NCBI GenBank assembly: GCA_036514715.1
Contig: DATBWR010000016.1
Coordinates: 42,368-106,367, forward strand
Direction: 5' to 3'
DNA: 64,000 bases
Origin: Candidatus Nanoarchaeia archaeon
GTDB lineage: Bacteria; Patescibacteriota; Microgenomatia; Woykebacterales; RBG-16-39-9b
The position numbers and the translations under genes were made by a program. Of this stretch, positions 9,890 through 19,893 are shown piece after piece (the stretch's first letter is position 1; each line of letters begins with the position of its first letter). Under the pieces are notes generated by a model. It had not been told where the DNA came from. It saw only the letters and a list, made by a program, of their open reading frames with translations, and ran no database searches.

Positions 9890-11581
9890 TTAGGGTCGGG
9901 GGTCAGTGTGGGTGGTATCAACAGTTTCTTCAAAATTAAGAATTTTAGTAACTTTACGCAAATCCGGAAGCATTTTTATAAAAGTTTTCAGCTCTTCTGA
10001 TTTAAACCACCAGGTCAAAAAAACATAAAGGGCAAGCCCCGATGTAGCCACTCCCGCTGTCAGAAAGAGTAGATTAAGCGCTTTTCTGGTGTCAATTATG
10101 TAGTCGATAATAAATTCGCCGTTGACTCGAAAGTGTAGTGGAACGTAAAGAAAAACCGCCATTATTAGGGCTGGGACAACGATTTTAACAGCTGGATAAA
10201 ACAATGCTTTTCGGTTGAAGCCTCCTACCTTACGATCCAGAAGAAAGAGCAAGGTGAAAAAACTGAAAGCGCCGGAAATTGAAGTTGTCAGACCTAAATA
10301 AGCCACTGGTATTGGGGCGTTTTTTGCTAAAACGAAGACAAAATAATAACCGACTGCTCCATGCACTAGCAAGCTCACTATCGCCACCTTTAGAGGGGTA
10401 ATTGTGTCGTGCATGGCATAAAAAGCGCGGGTTACCAAGAGAAATCCGGCTTGAGCAAAAACACCCAGTGCAAACCAGGACAAGGTCGTGGCAGTAGCGA
10501 CTGTAGCTGGCCAATCAAACAACCCACTTCCAACTGCCAAACGCACTACTGGTATACGTAAGACCGCTAAAAGCACGCTCAACGGTACAGCTAAATAAAG
10601 CAGCTGCCAGAGAGAAGCTAAAAAAGTCTTTTTAAAGTCCTCCGCCTTACCGCCTGCCCACTCTGCTGATAAGGTGGGTAGCGAGGCAGCGGCAATCGTC
10701 AGTCCAAACAAACCAATGGGTAAATTCTGAAGGTCAGAGGCAAATTTCAAGACCGCAATTGAGCCCACTGCCAAACTGGAAGCCAAAATAACATTAATTA
10801 CAATTTCCAACTGCCCAACTCCAACCCCCAAAGCTCGTGGTAGTGATAGTTTCAAGATTTTTAAAACATCCGGATCTTTCAATTTAAACGCTGGTCGGTA
10901 GTTAAACCCAAGTTTATTAAGCGCAAAAAATTGCACACTCAGGTGAAAGAGGGCACCAATTACCACCCCTAACCCTACTCCCAAGATACCAAAGGACCGG
11001 CTTAAAACCACAATTCCAAAGATAATCCCCAGGTTGTAAACCACCGGTGCTACCGCGGCGATCAGAAAACGACGGTAACTTTGCAAAACTGAAGTGAAGA
11101 AACTACCAATTACTAAGAACAGCTCTCCAAAGACAATAATCCGCATTAAATCTGCCGCCTGCTGATCGAAAGGTGGATCAAGCCTCAAACCTAGAAAATT
11201 GTTTATTTGCAAGGGGAATAAAAAGATGACTACTCCAACAACAAAGTAGGCCGTTAAGCTTAAGTTTAGAATAGTTGAAGCTAAGATTTCGGATTCTTTA
11301 GTTTTCTTGCCTTGAATATAAGCGGTAAAAATCGGGATGAAGGCGACTGAAAGAGCTCCAGTGATCAAAACATTAGCTAGTAGATCCGGGATGACAAAGG
11401 CAGTATTAAAAGCATCCAGTGTTCCGGAAGCTCCAAAGTAACGGGCTAAAAACCAGTTGCGCCACAATCCTAAAAAGCGGCTGGCCAGCACCAAAACCAT
11501 CATTATCAGCGCGGCCGAAAGGATTGAGGTTTGCTGTCTAAATAGTAGGGAACTGCTTTCGCGGAGAAATTTATTAACCAT
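9890..11581 (-). CDS. murJ: Lipid II flippase MurJ/MviN
   Basis: SRFLGL.R, AF.IPD, GALS.AFIP, RAFYAMHDT.TP; polytopic. Confidence 0.93.
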   Translation of the reverse strand: MVNKFLRESSSLLFRQQTSILSAALIMMVLVLASRFLGLWRNWFLARYFGASGTLDAFNTAFVIPDLLANVLITGALSVAFIPIFTAYIQGKKTKESEILASTILNLSLTAYFVVGVVIFLFPLQINNFLGLRLDPPFDQQAADLMRIIVFGELFLVIGSFFTSVLQSYRRFLIAAVAPVVYNLGIIFGIVVLSRSFGILGVGLGVVIGALFHLSVQFFALNKLGFNYRPAFKLKDPDVLKILKLSLPRALGVGVGQLEIVINVILASSLAVGSIAVLKFASDLQNLPIGLFGLTIAAASLPTLSAEWAGGKAEDFKKTFLASLWQLLYLAVPLSVLLAVLRIPVVRLAVGSGLFDWPATVATATTLSWFALGVFAQAGFLLVTRAFYAMHDTITPLKVAIVSLLVHGAVGYYFVFVLAKNAPIPVAYLGLTTSISGAFSFFTLLFLLDRKVGGFNRKALFYPAVKIVVPALIMAVFLYVPLHFRVNGEFIIDYIIDTRKALNLLFLTAGVATSGLALYVFLTWWFKSEELKTFIKMLPDLRKVTKILNFEETVDTTHTDPRP

Positions 11582-11712
11582 AGAACTTTAAGTTCAAAGT
11601 ATATCAACTTGAGCTTGCTTAAACAATAGTTGACAGGTAAGTTAAACTAAGGTGTATGCCATTAAGGATGTAATTGGCATAACAAAAATTTATAAAGTTT
11701 AGACTAAGGTAT

Positions 11713-12009
11713 ATGCCAATTATAAAATCAGCCATTAAAAAATTGCGTCAAGACCGCGCCCGCACGAAAATCAACGCGGTTAAACGTTCGCAGCTAAAGA
11801 CAGCTCTTAAAGAAACCAAGGGTAAGAAAAGCGCAGAAACACTTGCCAAGGCTTTTAGCGCGCTGGATAAAGCCGTAAAGCGCGGGCTAATTCATAAGAA
11901 TAAGGCTGCTCGCCAAAAGTCTTCTTTGGCTAAACTAATTAAGAGTACAGCCAAAACTAAAGTTGTCGCTAAAAAAGCTAGAACGACTAAAGCAAGGAAA
12001 GCAAAATAG
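11713..12009 (+). CDS. rpsT: 30S ribosomal protein S20 with Lys-rich tail
   Basis: MPIIKSAIKKLRQ...LDKAVKRGLIHKNKAARQKS. Confidence 0.97.
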   Translation: MPIIKSAIKKLRQDRARTKINAVKRSQLKTALKETKGKKSAETLAKAFSALDKAVKRGLIHKNKAARQKSSLAKLIKSTAKTKVVAKKARTTKARKAK

Positions 12010-12073
12010 TCTCTTACCCGACTTAGTAAAGTCAGTTGCTAGGCCTCAAGGGTGGATGTTATACTAACTGCAA

Positions 12074-12673
12074 ATGCCCAAAGCTGCTCCAAAAACCCCA
12101 GAGCTCAACATTGAGTTACTCCCTAAAGAAAATATCGATGTCGAAAGCAGTAGTTTACTACACTGGATTTTAACCGTTGGTAGATACTTAATAATTTTTA
12201 CCGAGGTTATTGCCATCGGCACTTTTTTATTCAGCATTTATCTTTCCAAGCAAAAAAATGATTTGCGAACTAACATTCGCGCTAATCAAGCACAAATTGA
12301 TAATTTCCAGGAGTGCGACCCAAAGGATCTGTCCGCTTTTTGCGAAGACCGCTTCCGCCTTATCCAAGAACAAGTAAACCAGGTGTTGGCAGTAAGAGAC
12401 GCTAATCTTCCGCAGAACGCGGTTATTGATGAGTTTCTAAAACTCCTACCCACAGAGATTACCTTAGAAGGTTTGATCGTTAACGGCACGGAGATTATCT
12501 TTTCCGGAGAATTTCCAGCTGAACAGCAACTGCAAACGCTGGTGGAATCTTTTGGCCGTTCGGATAAAGTCACTTCACTAGATATCACCGATTTAACCAA
12601 GGAGTTAAATTTTAAGTTCACCGCCAAAGCACAGGTTAATGCTTCTGCTTTTTTAAATCAGGGGGGAAAGTAG
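12074..12673 (+). CDS. Type IV pilus PilN-like protein
   Basis: NIELLP motif, single TM, coiled coil, LP..ITL; adjacent to a PilO-like gene. Confidence 0.75.
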   Translation: MPKAAPKTPELNIELLPKENIDVESSSLLHWILTVGRYLIIFTEVIAIGTFLFSIYLSKQKNDLRTNIRANQAQIDNFQECDPKDLSAFCEDRFRLIQEQVNQVLAVRDANLPQNAVIDEFLKLLPTEITLEGLIVNGTEIIFSGEFPAEQQLQTLVESFGRSDKVTSLDITDLTKELNFKFTAKAQVNASAFLNQGGK

Positions 12674-12676
12674 TTA

Positions 12677-13309
12677 ATGCAATTTTACGAGAAAGCTCTA
12701 GCTAGCTACAATCACTACCTTACCGATCCTAAGAAAAAGGATTATTTTGCGTTAGTCGCCTCGTTGAGCTTATTGATTGTTCTGGTGATTATGATTTATC
12801 CAGCTGTTATTCACGTCTCTAAGTTGAATAAGGAGGTTTCTGACGGCAACGTACTTCTAGCGGCCTTGGTGGAAAAAAGTAACCAACTTTCAACAGCTGA
12901 AAAAAATTATAATCAGATTAAAAAAGACTTAGACCTGATCGATTCTGCGATGCCGATTGGTTCGGACATTAAGACCTACATTAAAAATCCTCTTGAGACT
13001 CTGGCTCAAAAAAATAACTTAACTATCAAATCGCTTCAGTTTAACGACGTTCCCATCTCCATCCCAGGCCGCGAAGAAGATTTGGGCTTAAGGCGGTTTG
13101 AATATTCGGCTAGTTTTGAGGGTGATTTTGTCGCTTTTGTTGCTTTTCTAAAAGATCTGGAAAATTATATTAGGGTTACTAAAGTTGTTGGGCTGGATAT
13201 AAAAAAGAGTCCCAACAACACTCAATTAGTAACTATGAAAGCTGAGACTAATTTTCTTGGTACGCCAATTGACGTTATCCCTAATGAAGCTGTTCCGGAG
13301 AACCCATAA
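12677..13309 (+). CDS. Type IV pilus PilO-like protein
   Basis: TM, coiled coil, AMP, GDF..FVAFLKDLENYIR. Confidence 0.75.
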   Translation: MQFYEKALASYNHYLTDPKKKDYFALVASLSLLIVLVIMIYPAVIHVSKLNKEVSDGNVLLAALVEKSNQLSTAEKNYNQIKKDLDLIDSAMPIGSDIKTYIKNPLETLAQKNNLTIKSLQFNDVPISIPGREEDLGLRRFEYSASFEGDFVAFVAFLKDLENYIRVTKVVGLDIKKSPNNTQLVTMKAETNFLGTPIDVIPNEAVPENP

Positions 13310-13491
13310 TGCGCGCTCGAAATTTTACTACAGTTCTCATACTCTTCCTGGTTGCTCTACTTGGCTTTGCTATAGTCCAGGTGATCAATATTTTAACCTC
13401 CGACCCCTTACCAATTTCGGCTGAAAAACAACTTCAGCAGCTAGATCCCAGCCTAAACCAATCAGTTTTAGATGACCTTAAAGGTAACTAA
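13309..13491 (+). CDS. Small single-TM protein of the pilNO operon
   Basis: TAATG overlap with pilO; N-terminal TM. Confidence 0.65.
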   Translation: MRARNFTTVLILFLVALLGFAIVQVINILTSDPLPISAEKQLQQLDPSLNQSVLDDLKGN

Positions 13492-13492
13492 G

Positions 13493-14152
13493 TCAGGCGA
13501 GCTTTGCTAGCTGACATAACCGGCTAACTAGTTGAGTTAGAGAGTGGGTACGAGCAAGCCCACCACTTTTAAGATCCCAGTCAGCCTTTAAAAGCAGTAG
13601 GGTAGCAGCTTTTAATTTTTTGCGGTTCCAGTGATAAAGTTGCTCTCTGATTTTGCTGATCAAAAAAGGGCTTTTCGAGACTTTTTCCCACTCGTTAGTG
13701 TACCCCAAACTAAGTAACTTTATTTGACGAGTCAAGGCGCCGATTATCAATTCGGAGGCTGTGTTTTCCAAAAGAAGTTTTTCTAGTATTGTCAGGGCTT
13801 GTTTTTCCGAACCGAAAGCGATCGCATCAGCAAGTTTGAAGGTTGAATTCTGATCAATCTGTTTAAAAGGTACACTTTTATCTATCCAACTTGGCGGTGT
13901 TATCAGATCCTCTAGCCAGATGGCTAGATCGATATCCTCTTGGGGCTTTAAGGGTTTGGCCTGCTCTGGAGTGAAGTTTTCGATTACTAGCAATTTCTTA
14001 TTCCCAAACAAGTTTTGGGATTGCAAAAAAACTGACAAGTTTTCCTTTAAAATTTTAAAATTTACAGTTTCGTAACTAGGATATTGACTCTTAAGTTTAA
14101 GAAGAAAGGTACGAGAGGAAACAGTATCCGGACCGTGAACTAGGTAAATCAT
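13493..14152 (-). CDS. holA: DNA polymerase III delta subunit (short)
   Basis: MIYLVHGPD, NLFG.KKLLVIE, FKLADAI, AD..LKSG. Confidence 0.85.
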   Translation of the reverse strand: MIYLVHGPDTVSSRTFLLKLKSQYPSYETVNFKILKENLSVFLQSQNLFGNKKLLVIENFTPEQAKPLKPQEDIDLAIWLEDLITPPSWIDKSVPFKQIDQNSTFKLADAIAFGSEKQALTILEKLLLENTASELIIGALTRQIKLLSLGYTNEWEKVSKSPFLISKIREQLYHWNRKKLKAATLLLLKADWDLKSGGLARTHSLTQLVSRLCQLAKLA

Positions 14153-14156
14153 CTCT

Positions 14157-15329
14157 TTAAGTATCTTTTTTATCAGTTTCGTCTTGAGGGGGGTTCAGGA
14201 GGTTATCAACTGCTTTTTGGATAATTTCCCAACTATTACCTTTTGGCAGCAGTACGTAAGCACCACCATACTGATTTGCGCTAGGTGTGTAGAGATAGTT
14301 GTCAGTTGAATTATCAAGAACCAGACTGCTAACTTTATCTACTTGGATTTCCCTACCTAAATTATAAAGTGCTACTAATGCGCTAACGTCCAAATCAGTC
14401 TCAACCGACTTATCAAATTCATCAAAAAGGCTGCTAAGTTTAACAGGATCAAGCAGGTTTTCAAGTTTCAAAGCCTTATCTTTAGCAGCTAACATCACCT
14501 TTTGCTGGCGGGCGGCTCTGGCAAAATCACTTCCCTCTCCGTTAGTACCCTTGCGGCTGCGCACAAAGGCCAGTGCTGTTTCTCCGTCCATATGAGTTGT
14601 TCCGGCGTCAAAATGAAGATGTTTATAGCGACAGGAGTAGTTAATGTCCTCACACTTTGCAGCCTCTTTTCCATCAACCGGGTATTGATAATCATCGAAG
14701 GTTTTTTCCACTAGTACATCAACTCCGCCTAAAGTGTCGATTGCTTTCTCAAAACCCTCAAAGTCTATTCTGACTCCATAATGAAGCGGGATGCCTAAGA
14801 TCTCCTCAACCTGTTTTCTAAGGAGTTCCATCCCTCCACCAGGATATTTGTTCTTATCACCAAAAGAATAAAGAGCGTTAATCTTTGAAGCTTGCCCTTT
14901 GTATTTGCCAAAGGCAGGTATTTCCACCCAAAGGTCACGGGGTATTGAAACCATCGAAACGTTGTTTTTGTCTTTACTAATAGAAGCAACCAAAACTGTG
15001 TCGGTAAGAAAACCGTTTTGCTTGATTTCCCCACCTGGTCCCTTATAGGTGTAGGGAATATCAGCACGTTTATCAATCCCGACCAAAAGAAAATTAGTCC
15101 GTCCGTCGGTTGCTTTCAACTCACCTTTCGGGTTCTTAATTAAAGAAAAAACTGAACTCGGCGATTTAAGAATTTGTTTCAATAAGGTTGCGGCTGGCCA
15201 ATAAAGAATGTAGCCGGCGTAAACGATCACGGCAAGTAATAGAGTAAGGGCGCCAAACTTAATCAGCTTTCTTTTTCTGGCGTTTTTGTCTGACCGGTAG
15301 GGCATCTGCCCGAGTTCAACGTACTGCAT
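14157..15329 (-). CDS. LytR-CpsA-Psr (LCP) family protein
   Basis: NFLLVGID, TDT, SIPRDLWV, KINA, FVRSR, SDFARAARQQ. Confidence 0.93.
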   Translation of the reverse strand: MQYVELGQMPYRSDKNARKRKLIKFGALTLLLAVIVYAGYILYWPAATLLKQILKSPSSVFSLIKNPKGELKATDGRTNFLLVGIDKRADIPYTYKGPGGEIKQNGFLTDTVLVASISKDKNNVSMVSIPRDLWVEIPAFGKYKGQASKINALYSFGDKNKYPGGGMELLRKQVEEILGIPLHYGVRIDFEGFEKAIDTLGGVDVLVEKTFDDYQYPVDGKEAAKCEDINYSCRYKHLHFDAGTTHMDGETALAFVRSRKGTNGEGSDFARAARQQKVMLAAKDKALKLENLLDPVKLSSLFDEFDKSVETDLDVSALVALYNLGREIQVDKVSSLVLDNSTDNYLYTPSANQYGGAYVLLPKGNSWEIIQKAVDNLLNPPQDETDKKDT

Positions 15330-15369
15330 AATAAGTTAAGGGATTAAGGAGGTTTAGATTATACAACAC

Positions 15370-16062
15370 TCAAGCACAACTCACCAAGGCCAAAAAATCG
15401 CTTGGTGTGAGGCTTGCTTTACCGACTAAAAAGCCGTCGATATTTTCCTTTTTCAGGAAGCTGTCGATAACTTCCGGGTTAACACTTCCGCCATACAAAA
15501 CCGGGCAGTTTCTACCAATTCCGCTTTTAAATTGTTCAACAATTTTAGAGGCTTCGTCCGGACTTTCAGGATGATAATCCCCACCACCGCTAATTGCAGA
15601 CGGAGGCTCGTAAACAAAAATAATTTTCTCTCCTTGGGTTTTAATATATGAATAACTATTCATATAATTATTTAGTTGGTCCAAGTTGGCTACGCAAAGG
15701 ATTGGTGTTATTTCAAAACCAAGAAGTTGTTTAACTTTCTCTGCTACCGCACTTTCAGTCTCAGCAAAATATTTTTTACGTTCGGAATGGCCAACAATAC
15801 AGTGGGTTACAAGTCCTTTGAGAATTTCGGCGCTAACTTCCCCGGTGTAAGCTCCGCTTGGATAAGGAGAGACGTCTTGCGCACCCAACTTTATCTCAGA
15901 GCCTTGGAGTTGCTCTGATAAACTTTTCAAGGCAGTAAACCCCGGGCAGATGACTACTTGGGTGTTTGAACTTTCCAAACCGGATTTAGCTTCTCCCAAC
16001 CAAGCGAGAGCCTCATCAACAGTTTTATTGGCTTTCCAGTTAGCAACAAAAATTTTTTTCAC
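15370..16062 (-). CDS. tpiA: Triosephosphate isomerase
   Basis: ANWK, GAYTGEVS, GHSER, YEP, LYGGSV. Confidence 0.96.
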   Translation of the reverse strand: MKKIFVANWKANKTVDEALAWLGEAKSGLESSNTQVVICPGFTALKSLSEQLQGSEIKLGAQDVSPYPSGAYTGEVSAEILKGLVTHCIVGHSERKKYFAETESAVAEKVKQLLGFEITPILCVANLDQLNNYMNSYSYIKTQGEKIIFVYEPPSAISGGGDYHPESPDEASKIVEQFKSGIGRNCPVLYGGSVNPEVIDSFLKKENIDGFLVGKASLTPSDFLALVSCA

Positions 16063-16607
16063 TTGTTTAACTCTTTCTCTGCTAATAATAAACTTAAAAC
16101 CGTTGTGCTGTCGACCAAAAGTTTTGCTTTTTTCTTAATGGACTCTAATAAATCGCCGAATTTAAAAAGCTTAACTTCAATCTCCTCGTTTTCGTCCAAC
16201 TGTTGTTTTTGGATTTTTCTGGCACCCCTGGCCAGAAAGACAAAGGCGAGTTCGGAAGTAAATCCCGGGCTAGGAGCAAACGAACCTAAATTTGAAAAAT
16301 TCTCTGCGGTAAAACCAGTTTCCTCTAAAAGCTCTCTTTTGGCCGCTTCTTCTGGAGTTTGGCCTTGGTCAATATACCCTGCCGGCAAAGTCCAGATTGT
16401 GTCCTTAAGACCGTTACGGTACTGGTAAACCAACGGTAAAGTGTTCTCGTCCGTAAGAGCCAGCACTTCTATCCAATTTTTTCTTTCTATCGAATAAAAA
16501 TCCTCAACGATCTTGCCGCTGCCTTTCTCTAACGTATCGCGGTAAAGCCTCACGTAGTCGCTTTCAAAAACAGTCTCTGATTTAAGTAGCTCCCACTTTT
16601 TAAGCAT
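16059..16607 (-). CDS. NUDIX hydrolase (ADP-ribose pyrophosphatase-like)
   Basis: Nudix box PAG.....TPEEAAKRELLEETG. Confidence 0.9.
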   Translation of the reverse strand: MLKKWELLKSETVFESDYVRLYRDTLEKGSGKIVEDFYSIERKNWIEVLALTDENTLPLVYQYRNGLKDTIWTLPAGYIDQGQTPEEAAKRELLEETGFTAENFSNLGSFAPSPGFTSELAFVFLARGARKIQKQQLDENEEIEVKLFKFGDLLESIKKKAKLLVDSTTVLSLLLAEKELNK

Positions 16608-16615
16608 TGTAACTT

Positions 16616-17617
16616 TTACTTATAATAACCAAGAGCTTCCAGAGCTGGTAAGCGTTTTCCGCTTAAAAATTCCAGCATTGCCCCTCCGCCAACGGAAACA
16701 AAGTCCATTTTTTCCAAGAGTCCAAGCCCTTCCAAAGCGCTAATTGTATCCCCACCACCGACAATTTTATACGCTAAGCTGCCCGCGACCATTTCTGCCA
16801 GTTTTAAGGTTCCAGCTCGGTATTTTTCCTCTTCGTATTTACCCATTGGCCCGTTCCAGACAATCATCTTGGCTTTTTCAATCTCGTTCCCAAAACTTTC
16901 GAGCGTCTGTGGACCAATATCTTTTTCGTCCACGTGATCGGAAGCTACTACCACATTTGGGGACAAGTTATTTTTATCGATCTCAAACATCAACCGACCG
17001 CCTACTAAAACCTTATCAGCCACTTTGGAAATATTGGTTATCGCTGGTAACTTTGTCTCAATCTTAGCTCCACCGATAATCGCAATTAGTGGGTGCTGTG
17101 GGTTTTTTAAAATTCTCTCCAACTCGACCATTTCTTTTTCAAACTTCAAACCGGCGTAGGAGGGCAGCAGGGTCGGTAAGGTAGCAATAGAAGCATGGGC
17201 TCGGTGGGCGGCGGAGAAGCACTCGAAAACAAAAACTTCGCCGCAAGAGGCTAGTTTTTTGGCAAACTCCAAATCGTTTTTTTCTTCCTCTTCCCAAAAA
17301 CGTAAATTTTCTAGCAGAACAATTTCTCCACTGGTCACGCTTTCCAAATCTTGCTGAAAAACAATTTTTTTGCTTAAGCGTTCTTCAAGAACCGGTTGGA
17401 CAATTTTTAGACTAAAGTTTGGGTCCTGATTAACTGGGCGGCCAAGGTGGGAAACAAGAAAAAGTTTGGCTTGGTTTTGTAGAAGTAGTTTTAAGGTCTC
17501 GATGTTTTTTTCGATCCGCGTCCGATCCTTCACCGCGCCGTCTTCAACCGGGACATCAAAATCGCAACGGACTATGACACGCTTACCAGCAACGTCTGCT
17601 TCTTTTACTGACCGCAT
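16616..17617 (-). CDS. pgk: Phosphoglycerate kinase (compact, 333 aa)
   Basis: SHLGRP, LLENLRF, HRAHAS, WNGPMG, GGGDT, GGGAMLEFL. Confidence 0.96.
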   Translation of the reverse strand: MRSVKEADVAGKRVIVRCDFDVPVEDGAVKDRTRIEKNIETLKLLLQNQAKLFLVSHLGRPVNQDPNFSLKIVQPVLEERLSKKIVFQQDLESVTSGEIVLLENLRFWEEEEKNDLEFAKKLASCGEVFVFECFSAAHRAHASIATLPTLLPSYAGLKFEKEMVELERILKNPQHPLIAIIGGAKIETKLPAITNISKVADKVLVGGRLMFEIDKNNLSPNVVVASDHVDEKDIGPQTLESFGNEIEKAKMIVWNGPMGKYEEEKYRAGTLKLAEMVAGSLAYKIVGGGDTISALEGLGLLEKMDFVSVGGGAMLEFLSGKRLPALEALGYYK

Positions 17618-17658
17618 GAGCTTATTCTAACATGTCTAGCCTTAGTCGTATTGTGAAT

Positions 17659-17925
17659 TTACGAAAGGTGGGATTGAATCTTACTAAAGAACTCGTCTTT
17701 CGGCTGGGCGCCGATAAAACGGTCAATCTCTTGTCCGTCTTTTAAAATAATGTAGGTAGGGATGCTCATCACGCCGTATTTTATGGAAGTATCGTTATCG
17801 GTATCAACGTCAATTTTTTTAAAAGTGACTTTGCCGGAAAACTGACTTTCGGCTTCTTCCAACACTGGCTCCATTACTTTACAGGGGCCGCACCAATCAG
17901 CATAAAAATCAAGAAACTCAATCAT
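17659..17925 (-). CDS. trxA: Thioredoxin
   Basis: DFYADWCGPC, SIPT; start refined to MIEF. Confidence 0.95.
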   Translation of the reverse strand: MIEFLDFYADWCGPCKVMEPVLEEAESQFSGKVTFKKIDVDTDNDTSIKYGVMSIPTYIILKDGQEIDRFIGAQPKDEFFSKIQSHLS

Positions 17926-18003
17926 AGAAAAACCTCTTTGAAAGTAACTAACGGGGAGGTAATTAAAGTATAGCATCTTTTTTATGTTGTAAAATAGTTG
18001 CTG

Positions 18004-19845
18004 ATGAATAAATTTTTGGAAGGGTTAAACGCCCAGCAACAAGAAGCGGTAACTACTACTGAGGGGCCGCTTTTGGTTTTATCCGGACCAGGGTCTGGTA
18101 AAACTCGGGTCATCACCCACCGCATTGCTTACATTATCGACCAAAAACTGGCCGCTCCAGAAGAAATTATGGCAGTAACTTTCACCAATAAAGCTGCTGG
18201 TGAGATGAAGGAACGACTGAAGAAACTGGTAACCATCGCTCCAGCTTGGATGGGAACTTTTCACTCTATTTGCGCCCGTATCTTAAGAGCCGATGGTGGT
18301 GCTGTCGGCATTAGCCCTCGTTTTATTATTTACGATGATAACGACAGTTTGGATTTAATTAAGGATATCCTCAAAGAACTTAATATCGACCCAAAAAATT
18401 TTTCCTCGTATTCAATCAAAGGTGCTCTTAGCAGCGCGAAAAACGAGATGGTTGGGCCTAAAGAATATGAAGGTTTGGCCCGAGGCTATTTCCAAGAAAT
18501 TGTTGCTAAAGTTTATTTCCGCTATCAAGATGCCTTACGGAAAAACCAAGCGCTGGATTTTGATGACCTTTTAATGGAGACTGTTCTGCTTTTTGAAAAG
18601 TTTCCTGAAATGGCCACCAAATACCAAAACCGCTTCAAATACGTACTAATTGATGAGTATCAAGACACTAATAAAGCTCAGTATTTGTTGTCCAAAATTA
18701 TTGCCGACAAACATCAAAATCTTTGTGTGGTTGGGGATGCAGCTCAAGCCATTTACGGTTGGAGGGGGGCAGATTATCGCAACATTTTAAATTTTTCTAA
18801 AGATTTTCCGAGTGTGAAAATTATTAACCTTGAACAAAACTACCGCTCAACCAAGAATATTTTGAGCGCGGCCAAAAGTGTTATCAGCCACAACCGCTCT
18901 CACCCTGTTCTTAACCTTTGGACTGAAAATGAGGCGGGAATACCAACGGTTTTGTATGAAGCTAAAAACGAGGTTGAAGAGGCAGAGTTTGTCGTCCGCA
19001 ACATTACCAAGTTAATGGCTGCCCACCAAAACTATTCTTTAAGCTCATTTGCTGTTCTTTACCGCACCAACGCTCAAAGCCGAGTACTGGAGGAAGTTTT
19101 CTTAAGAGGCGGCATGCCTTACGTCTTAGTTGGCGGGACACGCTTCTATGACCGTCGGGAAGTTAAAGACGTCTTAGCTTACTTACGCTATCTGGCTAAC
19201 CCAAACGACAGTTTGAGCTTTAAGCGTGTTGTTAACACCCCACCGCGTGGTATCGGTCCAAAGGCTCTTCAAGAACCAAACAACCCCAAGGTAGCTAAGT
19301 TTAAAGAACGGTCAGAACTTTTGCGTCAGAAGGCTTCTGCTCAAGAGACTATCGATATTATCGATTTGGTTTTAGCTGAAACAAAATATTTGACTTACCT
19401 TGACGACGGTTCGGAAGAATCGCCCTCTAGAATTGAAAACGTTAAAGAACTGCGTAGTGTGGCTAGCGAGTTCCCGCAACTGGCCGACTTTCTGGAAAAC
19501 GTTTCTTTAGTTGAACAAGAGTATCTCCCTAATCGTCAGAGAGTTGAAGAGAAAAAGGAAGCGGTGACCTTAATGACTTTGCATTCAGCTAAAGGTCTTG
19601 AGTTTCCGGTCGTCTTCATCGTGGGTATGGAAGAAGGTCTCTTCCCGCATAACCAGTCCATGACAGATGCTTTGGAACTAGAGGAAGAGCGTCGACTTTG
19701 TTACGTCGGTATTACCCGCGCCCAAAAACAACTTTACCTTACCTACACAGAGTCCCGACTTTACTTTGGCAACCGAACCCAAGGTATTATTTCCCGCTTC
19801 GTTCTCGACATCCCCGAAAACCTTTTAATACCCATCCGTTTTTAA
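18004..19845 (+). CDS. pcrA: ATP-dependent DNA helicase PcrA/UvrD (no C-terminal Tudor domain)
   Basis: GPGSGKT, TFTNKAA, DEYQDTN, EQNYRS, LHSAKGLEF, EERRLCYVGITRA. Confidence 0.93.
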   Translation: MNKFLEGLNAQQQEAVTTTEGPLLVLSGPGSGKTRVITHRIAYIIDQKLAAPEEIMAVTFTNKAAGEMKERLKKLVTIAPAWMGTFHSICARILRADGGAVGISPRFIIYDDNDSLDLIKDILKELNIDPKNFSSYSIKGALSSAKNEMVGPKEYEGLARGYFQEIVAKVYFRYQDALRKNQALDFDDLLMETVLLFEKFPEMATKYQNRFKYVLIDEYQDTNKAQYLLSKIIADKHQNLCVVGDAAQAIYGWRGADYRNILNFSKDFPSVKIINLEQNYRSTKNILSAAKSVISHNRSHPVLNLWTENEAGIPTVLYEAKNEVEEAEFVVRNITKLMAAHQNYSLSSFAVLYRTNAQSRVLEEVFLRGGMPYVLVGGTRFYDRREVKDVLAYLRYLANPNDSLSFKRVVNTPPRGIGPKALQEPNNPKVAKFKERSELLRQKASAQETIDIIDLVLAETKYLTYLDDGSEESPSRIENVKELRSVASEFPQLADFLENVSLVEQEYLPNRQRVEEKKEAVTLMTLHSAKGLEFPVVFIVGMEEGLFPHNQSMTDALELEEERRLCYVGITRAQKQLYLTYTESRLYFGNRTQGIISRFVLDIPENLLIPIRF

Positions 19846-19893
19846 GTTTAAAGTTTGCAAAAGAACTTTCTTTCTTCTAGAATCTTCTGTTAG

